Shown here: positions 1-7,011 of the stretch, one piece after another
How the letters are laid out: each line of letters begins with the position of its first letter
Position numbering within the stretch: position 1 is the stretch's first letter
Assembly: GCA_964236955.1 (NCBI GenBank)
Contig: CAXSGP010000088.1
Span: 1 to 20,224 of the forward strand
From: an uncultured Oligoflexus sp.
Lineage (GTDB): Bacteria; Bdellovibrionota_B; Oligoflexia; Oligoflexales; Oligoflexaceae
Length of the DNA: 20,224 nt
Direction: 5' to 3'
Program-made: the position numbers and the translations under genes
Notes under the pieces: generated by a model
The model's input: only the letters and a program-made list of their open reading frames with translations
Told to the model about the DNA's origin: nothing
Databases searched by the model: none

Positions 1-101
1 ACGAGTTTGCCTGTACTTTTCAATCACTTATCTCAAACGTCAACAGCCCCTAGTTTCAAACTGTGGAACCGCGATGAACTCCTGGAAGGATTTAAAGCCC
101 C

Positions 102-1559
102 ATGCCTCCAATCTCTCTTAGTGGTCGTCTTGGCGCTCTTTGGGTCTTTACTGCCGTTATTGCCCTTTCATTAGCTCTTATCATCTACCAAAGCTATGAA
201 CAGGGTCCCGGCGCACAAATCAAAGGGGCGAATATTCAAACTCAAAAATCATGCGAGGAGATTGCCAGGAAATATGCCTGGGGAATTGCCAATAAATCCT
301 TTACCCCCGACAAAGACAACGCCTTTCAGTACGCTCTCCTTGAGATCATTCTCGATCACTACGAAGCGGTGGAGGGTGGTTTTTGGAACGCCGATGAAAG
401 TTTTGGGCCCTATGCCTACCCCACCTACGATGGCAACGGCGTCAAACGCGATATACCGGAATCGGAAAAACCCACCCTCAAGCGAATTGCCGCTCAAGCC
501 AGCCTAGATCAGGCACTGCAGAGCGAATTGAAACGAGGTACCCGTGAAGGCATTCTCTATACGGCATGTCCCCTTGCCAATGAAGGCAAGCCCGGAGCGG
601 TGTGGACCATGAAGCGCATCCCCCTTTCGGCGAGCTTCGCCTATAGTAAACTTCAATGGAGCCTTGCGCTCCTCTTCGTTTTTGTGATGGTCTCAGGTCT
701 GGGCCTAAGTTTACTGATAAATCGCCTCATTCGGAATGTAAGGTCTCTCGAGAAGGCTATCCTTAGGCATTCAGTCGAAGACCTGCCGCCCCTCGAACCC
801 AGCGGTGAGGTGGAATTGAATCGTATTGTCAATGCGATCAATCAACTCAATCTTCGCTTTCGTGCCTCGAAAGCCGAAACCAAAAGACTAGAACGCAAAC
901 TCGCCCATAGCGATCGGCTCTCGGCGCTTGGTAAGATGGCGGCAGAGATGGCCCACGAAATTCGCAACCCTATCGCGACAATTCGCCTGAAATTTGAGAA
1001 CGCGCTCGTCGACCCCAGGGCAAGGATGGAAGCCGCTTCTGCCATAATTTACGATCAAATCGATAGAGTCGACCGCCTGGTCAATATGCTTTTGGCAATG
1101 ACCCAGCCTTTCGAAGTCAAAACGCAGCTGGTAGCTATTGAAGACTGGATCGAAAGCTCACTATCCAATGTCCAAAAAAATGCCGAAAATAAAAATATAA
1201 CTCTCAGCTTCGATATCCAGCTTAAAGAATGGTCTTTTGATCCCTTTCATCTCGCGAGGGCTTTGGAAAACCTTCTGAACAACGCGGTCGCTTTCACGCC
1301 ACGGCAGGGTCACATTAAAATTCGTTTTTCCAAAACCGATTCGACTCTTCAGATTGACATCGAAGACGACGGTCCTGGATTAAGCGAAGCGGTTCGTGAG
1401 ACACTATTCCAGCCCTTCAACACTCAGCGGAAGGAGGGCACAGGGCTTGGGCTTGTCGTCGTCAAAGATATCGCAGAAGCTCATGGTGGAAGTATTGAAG
1501 AGATAGCGATTCAAAACGGTGCCAAATTCAGAATGGAAATCCCATGGCAAAAATCTTAG
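102..1559 (+). CDS. Membrane sensor histidine kinase (periplasmic sensor, HAMP, HisKA, HATPase_c), NtrB/AtoS-like
   Basis: Two hydrophobic TM segments flank a ~155 aa periplasmic region; HAMP-like EVELNRIVNAINQL; H-box MAHEIRNP; N-box LENLLNNA; G1 IEDDGPG; F-box LFQPF; G2 GTGLGL. Confidence 0.95.
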   Translation: MPPISLSGRLGALWVFTAVIALSLALIIYQSYEQGPGAQIKGANIQTQKSCEEIARKYAWGIANKSFTPDKDNAFQYALLEIILDHYEAVEGGFWNADESFGPYAYPTYDGNGVKRDIPESEKPTLKRIAAQASLDQALQSELKRGTREGILYTACPLANEGKPGAVWTMKRIPLSASFAYSKLQWSLALLFVFVMVSGLGLSLLINRLIRNVRSLEKAILRHSVEDLPPLEPSGEVELNRIVNAINQLNLRFRASKAETKRLERKLAHSDRLSALGKMAAEMAHEIRNPIATIRLKFENALVDPRARMEAASAIIYDQIDRVDRLVNMLLAMTQPFEVKTQLVAIEDWIESSLSNVQKNAENKNITLSFDIQLKEWSFDPFHLARALENLLNNAVAFTPRQGHIKIRFSKTDSTLQIDIEDDGPGLSEAVRETLFQPFNTQRKEGTGLGLVVVKDIAEAHGGSIEEIAIQNGAKFRMEIPWQKS

Positions 1560-2890
1560 TCATCGATGATGAAGAGGCCTTTCGAGACGGCGTTATCGAG
1601 ACCCTAAGCGATCTTGGTGCGGAAGCTCGCGGTGCCAATAGCGTGAGTGCGGCCATGGCGGCGCTCGCCCAGCAAAGTTTCGACGCTGTTTTCATCGATT
1701 ACCGCATGCCGGGTATCGATGGACTTGAGGGAATGAAGCGCATTAAAGATTGGGCGGGTGAAAAATCTTTGCCGATCGTGATGATAACTGCGCACTTTGA
1801 TAGCGAGAATACTATATCGGCCATGAAAATGGGGGCCTTCGACCATCTGACTAAACCCATAAGTCGCAGCGATATCAAACGCATCCTTGATGGACTCGTG
1901 CAGGCCTTTCCCAAAGCCTCCAAAATGGGCCGAACTAAAGCAGACATTAGGGATCGCTACGCCCTCATCGGCAATAGTCCGGAACTGCGCGAGGTATTAA
2001 AGCTGATCGGTAAACTCTCCTCTCACGACAGCACCGTTCTGATCACTGGCGAAACCGGAACGGGGAAAGAGCTCGTCGCGCGTGCGATCCATCGCAATAG
2101 CGAGCGAGCTTCCGCACCCTTCATCGCAATCAATTGTGCTGCCATTCCTGAAAATCTTCTCGAAAGCGAATTATTCGGTCATGTTAAAGGTGCTTTTACC
2201 GGTGCGATGCAGGATCGCAAGGGGTCGTTTCAAATGGCTGAAGGGGGGACCGTACTGCTCGATGAAATCGGCGACATGAGTTTCAGCCTGCAGGCTAAAC
2301 TGCTCCGAACTCTCCAGGAGCGGGAGATAAGTCCCCTGGGTTCAGCTCGACCGATCAAAATCAACTGTCGGTTTTTGGCGGCCACCCATCAAAATATTAA
2401 GGCTATGGTGACGAGGAAAGAATTTCGCGAAGATCTCTACTATCGATTGAATGTCGTTGAGCTTCGGCTGCCCTCACTTCGCGAACGTGCCTCTGATATT
2501 TCAATTCTGGCCAGGCATTTCTTGGACCAGGTCCGCTCCGAAAACGCCACAGTACAAAAACAGATGAGTCCCGAGGCCATTTCAAAACTCGAAGCCCATA
2601 GCTGGCCAGGGAACATTCGCGAACTTAAGAACGTGATAGAACGGGCTTTCATAGTATCGAATGGTAAATGGATCAACGAAATCGATATTCGCTTTCTTAT
2701 CGACGACAAGCCGAACTTGGTCGCTTCTGACGGTCTGGATCTTCCGTCTGCTATCGCGCAGCTCGAACAGAGCTATATTGCTCGTGCCCTCATAGAATCG
2801 TCAGGGAACCGAAGCGAAGCAGCACGAAAACTTGGTATACAAAGACAGCTTCTCTATACCAAGATGAAGGAGTATTGCAACGAATTGTAA
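1544..2890 (+). CDS. Sigma54-dependent response regulator (REC-AAA+-HTH_8, NtrC family)
   Basis: REC (ILVIDD, IDYRMP, TKP); Walker A GETGTGKE; intact GAFTGA loop; Walker B LLDEIGD; WPGNIREL; Fis-type HTH GNRSEAARKLGI. Overlaps the kinase by 16 nt. Confidence 0.96.
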   Translation: MAKILVIDDEEAFRDGVIETLSDLGAEARGANSVSAAMAALAQQSFDAVFIDYRMPGIDGLEGMKRIKDWAGEKSLPIVMITAHFDSENTISAMKMGAFDHLTKPISRSDIKRILDGLVQAFPKASKMGRTKADIRDRYALIGNSPELREVLKLIGKLSSHDSTVLITGETGTGKELVARAIHRNSERASAPFIAINCAAIPENLLESELFGHVKGAFTGAMQDRKGSFQMAEGGTVLLDEIGDMSFSLQAKLLRTLQEREISPLGSARPIKINCRFLAATHQNIKAMVTRKEFREDLYYRLNVVELRLPSLRERASDISILARHFLDQVRSENATVQKQMSPEAISKLEAHSWPGNIRELKNVIERAFIVSNGKWINEIDIRFLIDDKPNLVASDGLDLPSAIAQLEQSYIARALIESSGNRSEAARKLGIQRQLLYTKMKEYCNEL

Positions 2891-2893
2891 GCA

Positions 2894-2937
2894 TTGTCGT
2901 CCTATCCGGCAAGGCTTGTCGGAAGTTCACCCGGAAA
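2894..2937 (+). promoter_or_regulatory. Putative upstream activator sequence for the sigma54 activator
   Basis: TTGTCG-N7-CGGCAA imperfect inverted repeat (2894-2912); second TTGTCG at 2916, 22 bp later; about 100 bp upstream of the predicted start site. Confidence 0.5.
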
Positions 2938-2985
2938 TTTTCTTAAGAATCGAATGAAAACCATGGCACTAAAGGTTTTTGACTT

Positions 2986-3001
2986 TGGTTCTCCGCTTGC
3001 A
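2986..3001 (+). promoter_or_regulatory. Sigma54 (-24/-12) promoter
   Basis: TGGTTCTCCGCTTGCA: GG(2987-88)-N10-GC(2999-3000) with TTGCA, directly downstream of a sigma54 activator gene. Confidence 0.78.
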
Positions 3002-3048
3002 TTGACTCCTTCAACCGGCATCACGGTTGATGCCCTAAGGAGTTCCCT

Positions 3049-3705
3049 ATGAAATGCAGACATTCTTTTATTCTCGCAGCTCTTCTCTCAGGCTCTATCG
3101 GTCTTAATAACACGGTATTTGCAGCCAGTGATGCCTCGCTCCAATCCAAAGGCAAAGTTCAGCGTATCCTGATAAACCCTGAAGGGGCGATCGATGGGTT
3201 ACTGCTCGACGACGGCACTCAGGTCAAATTTTCACCGCGAATGCCGCAGCAACTTCTTGCCCTCGTAAAGCCCAGTGATAGCGTCAGCGTGAAAGGCTTT
3301 CGGGAAAACGCTAAAGTTTTTAAAGCCGAGTCGATCACAAATACTGTTTCTAACAAAACGATCGCAGAAACAACAGCAAACCCTCCCGAAGATGGTCCTG
3401 GCGACGGTCACGGTGAGCGCGGACCAAAAGGTCATAAAGGTCACAAGGGTCATAAGGGGCCTAAAGACCACGAAGGTTTAACGGAACTTACGGCTCAAGG
3501 TAAGATTCAAAATCAACTTTTCGGTAAAAAAGGCGAAGTTAACGGAGCTGTGCTTGCCGATGGTAGTATCGTGAGATTCAGCCCCAGAGTCTTTGAAGAT
3601 GCGAAAATCAATGTCGATATCGGTCAGACCTTGAAAGTAACAGGATTTGGAACTCAAAATAGCAACGGGAAATCACTTGAAGCGACTACCGTCTCTAACA
3701 ATTAA
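3049..3705 (+). CDS. Exported uncharacterised protein with two ~50-70 aa beta-rich (OB-fold-like) repeats and a Gly/His/Lys linker
   Basis: AAGGAG RBS; Sec signal peptide ending VFA; repeats EGAIDGLLLDDGTQVKFSP and KGEVNGAVLADGSIVRFSP. Confidence 0.88.
   Translation: MKCRHSFILAALLSGSIGLNNTVFAASDASLQSKGKVQRILINPEGAIDGLLLDDGTQVKFSPRMPQQLLALVKPSDSVSVKGFRENAKVFKAESITNTVSNKTIAETTANPPEDGPGDGHGERGPKGHKGHKGHKGPKDHEGLTELTAQGKIQNQLFGKKGEVNGAVLADGSIVRFSPRVFEDAKINVDIGQTLKVTGFGTQNSNGKSLEATTVSNN
3421..3465 (+). repeat. Imperfect 9-bp tandem coding repeat (GPK-GHK-GHK-GHK-GPK)
   Basis: ggaccaaaa ggtcataaa ggtcacaag ggtcataag gggcctaaa. Confidence 0.8.
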
Positions 3706-3727
3706 TCAAAGTTTGGATATCGACGCC

Positions 3728-4240
3728 ATGAAAGAGCAGACTAAATTTTCTGGAAGCATTCAGTTCATCAGCTCATCGCCTCACGGTGAAGTGGAAGGTA
3801 TCGTGCTTGACGATGGAAGTTTTATAAAATTGCCACCTCACTCCGTTTTAAAACCGGATCAAATTGCAATCGGAGCGAAGGTATCCGGCACGGGGGACCG
3901 CATAACTCTAAGGCCTAATCCAGTTTACCATCATGTGATTTTAAAAATGGGAGCTTTGACTCTTGCTGATGACCAAGCGGAGAAAGGAGGGCCGAAACAT
4001 AGAAAGGCATTAGAAAAAGTTTCAAGAATAACAGGTAAGCTCGTTTCGATCGGCACCAGACCAAAAGGCGAGGTGGATCGAATGATTCTCGACGATGGGA
4101 CCTCAATTCACCTTTCTAAAGAACTCGAGCTTTTTGCCGACGACATGCGGATCGGTCAAAGCTATGAAATCACCGGTGATCTGAGGAGCTTCGATAAGCT
4201 CACCTATCTAAAAGCGGAGTCGGTTCAAGTGCTGGCCTGA
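3728..4240 (+). CDS. Uncharacterised paralog of the upstream gene, two repeats, no signal peptide
   Basis: Start moved to ATG 3728 (MKEQTKF) to avoid overlap with the previous gene; repeats HGEVEGIVLDDGSFIKLPP and KGEVDRMILDDGTSIHLSK. Confidence 0.85.
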   Translation: MKEQTKFSGSIQFISSSPHGEVEGIVLDDGSFIKLPPHSVLKPDQIAIGAKVSGTGDRITLRPNPVYHHVILKMGALTLADDQAEKGGPKHRKALEKVSRITGKLVSIGTRPKGEVDRMILDDGTSIHLSKELELFADDMRIGQSYEITGDLRSFDKLTYLKAESVQVLA

Positions 4241-4256
4241 TTGAAAAGCGGACTGT

Positions 4257-4282
4257 CACAAGCGGGCGATGGGCCGCTTGTG
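4257..4282 (+). terminator. Stem-loop after the sigma54-controlled operon (possible terminator or stability hairpin)
   Basis: CACAAGCGG-N8-CCGCTTGTG; no immediate U-tract. Confidence 0.4.
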
Positions 4283-4994
4283 CCCCTGACGCCTTCCTTT
4301 TTGGTTACCCAGGATCGGTATGCATCGCATGTCTGTCAGGCTCGGGGCCAAGCTTTGGCTTTGCAAGGCAAGAGTGCATTCATAAAGCTAGGAAAGAATG
4401 CCTTTGAAAGGCCAGCCAATGCCCTAACAGGAAAATACATTCCACGGGCCTAAGCGATACTATGTCATGCCTATTTTCCAAGCTGATTCAAACTTCAATG
4501 ATACATAATAATACCTATAATTTCAGGAATTTATTTTACAATTTTCATGACGTGAATTTGTTTTCTTTATTTAGCCTTCAAATAAACCGATCCTTCAAAA
4601 GAAACCGAGATCTCGTAGTTATATAAGGGAGTGAATTCGCATTACAAGACTATGAACAAAAGACAATGACCTTCTTAAGGCTAAAGTGTCTTCCCATCGA
4701 TGGAGACCGATCCATGAATGATCCTTGGATTTATCTTATGGAAGCCGAGATCGAAGCGAAGGTATGGAGAGTGGACATAAGCAGGTTCCCGATTTAAAAA
4801 TGCACATTCAATTCTACAGTGAGAAAAGACATTTTTTTAACCTCTGAAAGGCAGGGACGAGATCTGTCCACAAGGCTAAAGGAAAAAGTATCGGACATTT
4901 TAGAACGAGCAATCATCATAACAGCCAAGTATTGATTTTTTTAATGAGTCTAAATTATCCAAAAATTGCACCATAATAAGATAAAGTCGAGCGA

Positions 4995-5381
4995 ATGAAA
5001 AAAACAATTCTTATCGTTGACGATTCGAGTACTTATAGAACTTTACTCAGCTTCACTTTGGAAAAATATAATTATTCTGTGATTGAGGCCGAAAACGGTG
5101 ACGATGGACTGAGATTATTGGACCAGAAAAAAAATATAGATATGATTATAAGTGACGTGAATATGCCTATAATGGGCGGCTTAGAAATGATTACAGCAAT
5201 AAGGGCCAGGAATTTGACAATTCCAATCGTTATGCTGACGACGCATGTTCCTGACGATCTTCTTGAAGTTGGTAGAAATCTTGGAGTGAGTATATGGATA
5301 GCTAAACCAATAAGACCGCGAGAATTTATATTAGAGGTAAATCGAGTCATAGGTGATCACTATGGTGGCCCATCTTTCTAA
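4995..5381 (+). CDS. Single-domain CheY-like response regulator
   Basis: ILIVDDS, IISDVNMP (phospho-Asp), MLTT, IAKP motifs; AT-rich codons. Confidence 0.92.
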   Translation: MKKTILIVDDSSTYRTLLSFTLEKYNYSVIEAENGDDGLRLLDQKKNIDMIISDVNMPIMGGLEMITAIRARNLTIPIVMLTTHVPDDLLEVGRNLGVSIWIAKPIRPREFILEVNRVIGDHYGGPSF

Positions 5382-5471
5382 AAGAATGAAATCATTTTCA
5401 ACTCATGCGGCCTTGACAGCGCAGTTGTTGCCAATGGGACGCAATCAAAAGGCGCAATTCCTTGTTGAATG

Positions 5472-5496
5472 AAAAAAGGAGCCAGGGCGGCTCCTT
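5472..5496 (-). terminator. Rho-independent terminator of the SRPBCC gene
   Basis: AAGGAGCC-N5-GGCTCCTT with an A-run at 5472-5477 (U-tract on the minus strand). Confidence 0.8.
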
Positions 5497-5519
5497 AACA
5501 GTCGATAGTCCGATATTTT

Positions 5520-6053
5520 TTAGGATGCTTCGGATTCTATCGACTCTTTAAGCTTCGTCAATCCCTTTTCAAATGCACTGCCGATGAGTTTGTCCAGGTT
5601 TATATAGACGGAAAGCGCACGGGGAATGAATGCGGTTTCATTAATAGTCCAAGTAAACTCCGTCATGCCTTTCTTATCGGTGAGAACGTAGTCACCAAAA
5701 TTGGTGACATCAAAGGGCTTTTTGAAATCCAAACGGAGACCCACCCGTCGATTGACCTCCACTTCAATGATGGTAGCCTTCCCCTTCCCTGATTTTTTTC
5801 CTTCCCAGGAGTACTCGGCGCCCACTCCTTCCTGGGGGCCAGCGAAGGTGAATTTTGCGGATGGATCTCCTTCTAAAAAGGGATTCCATTCTTGAATGCG
5901 CCGCGTGTTATGCGCATAGGGAAAAACTTTTTCCGGCAGTGCCTGAATCAAAATGGAACGAGCAATCTTAACGTTGCTGGGAGCTTTGATGAGCGCATAG
6001 ACAAGAGCCAGCGCCGCTAAGGCAATGACTGCTAAAATAATCTTGATGGCCAT
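5520..6053 (-). CDS. SRPBCC/polyketide-cyclase (START-like) family protein with N-terminal membrane anchor
   Basis: Start at ATG 6053 (MAIKII) with GAGG RBS; IARSILIQALPEKVF...WNPF...GVGAEYSW...FEKGLTKLK pattern. Confidence 0.88.
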   Translation of the reverse strand: MAIKIILAVIALAALALVYALIKAPSNVKIARSILIQALPEKVFPYAHNTRRIQEWNPFLEGDPSAKFTFAGPQEGVGAEYSWEGKKSGKGKATIIEVEVNRRVGLRLDFKKPFDVTNFGDYVLTDKKGMTEFTWTINETAFIPRALSVYINLDKLIGSAFEKGLTKLKESIESEAS

Positions 6054-6092
6054 TGGCTCTTCCTCTTTCGTTTGAAACTTAAGAGTAACATA

Positions 6093-6179
6093 CTGCATGG
6101 AGGGACGCTTTTCGTAAAATCACCGACCGGCGGAGGCAGCATTTTTAAGTTCACGCTTCCGAAACATCACATGACCTAG
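6093..6179 (+). pseudogene. C-terminal remnant of a histidine kinase HATPase_c domain
   Basis: Translates as LHGGTLFVKSPTGGGSIFKFTLPKHHMT*, the typical HGGxIxVxSxxGxGTxFxFxLP ending; upstream G2/N boxes are absent. Confidence 0.72.
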
Positions 6180-6226
6180 GGAAAGGCTAGGAGCCCAGTG
6201 GCATGCGATCATTCTTCCTTAAGGTA

Positions 6227-6814
6227 TTATTTCGCCGAAGCGATGCGGGTCCAATATTTATGCATGTTCGTGGAGTTCATCGCCAGCTGTTTGCCCACCT
6301 CTGCTCCTTCGCCGCCGATCTTATTGAGCGCCTGTAAGATTCTATACTGGACAAAGAGCGGCTCTTTCTTCCGAATGTTCTGCTGAATCCCATAGGCCGT
6401 CCTTAACAAACGGATCGCAGGCCTATAACCCGAACCCGCAAATCTTTGCCCTAGACGGGTTGCAGCTTCCGCCCGCACGACCAGTGCCTTATCAAAGAGA
6501 CCCAGCTGTACGATCTGACTACAGTCCTTGGTCGATGAAAAGGTGCAACTTCGTACCCAAGCCAGCTTCCATTCCCAGGACATCTCTTCAAAATCAATAT
6601 CTTTTGCACTCAGCCGCGTCCACTCTTTGGCTTTGTCCAAGTCCGAGAACTTGAAAAATGCCTGCCAATCTTCGGTACTTGGTGATTTGGTCCAATCCCA
6701 GCCGGGAGTGGCCGCGTGAACGGTAGCCGCGCTAAAGAATATACCTAGTCCCAGGATTAACTGGTATGCCACTGATATTAATGTAATTTTTATTAAGTTC
6801 GCTGAAAAACCCAT
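6227..6814 (-). CDS. Exported hypothetical protein with HEAT/PBS-lyase-like repeats
   Basis: Hydrophobic N-terminus ending VHA-A; LFDKALVVRAEAATRLG and VQYRILQALNKIG HEAT-like motifs. Confidence 0.75.
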   Translation of the reverse strand: MGFSANLIKITLISVAYQLILGLGIFFSAATVHAATPGWDWTKSPSTEDWQAFFKFSDLDKAKEWTRLSAKDIDFEEMSWEWKLAWVRSCTFSSTKDCSQIVQLGLFDKALVVRAEAATRLGQRFAGSGYRPAIRLLRTAYGIQQNIRKKEPLFVQYRILQALNKIGGEGAEVGKQLAMNSTNMHKYWTRIASAK

Positions 6815-6898
6815 GACCGACTTCCCTTTAAAATTCTTTAATAAAAAGTTTAGAAGACTGATTTTATTAGGACATTCAATAATTTTTAATTTGCTGGC

Positions 6899-6926
6899 TA
6901 AAGCCTTCTGCCGAATGTGCCGATTT
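6899..6926 (+). promoter_or_regulatory. Putative sigma28 (FliA) promoter
   Basis: TAAAG-N15-GCCGATTT, 86 nt upstream of the GYF-PilZ gene. Confidence 0.65.
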
Positions 6927-7011
6927 CCTTTGTGAACGGATCTGGTATCAGGCGGTTAACTCTTACGCCACGAAAGATTCGAAAGGTTCTACTAAGGAAG
7001 ACGGGAGACGT

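Noticed and set aside
2964..2980. TGGCAC as a sigma54 -24 element
   Set aside because: No GC at the required N10 spacing (TT instead); the correctly spaced site is at 2986-3001.
3647..3727. Longer N-terminus for the second repeat protein
   Set aside because: TTG start overlaps the previous gene by 59 nt; the repeat domain begins right after ATG 3728.
4241..4453. 70-aa ORF after the repeat genes
   Set aside because: TTG start, spans the hairpin, no recognisable motif.
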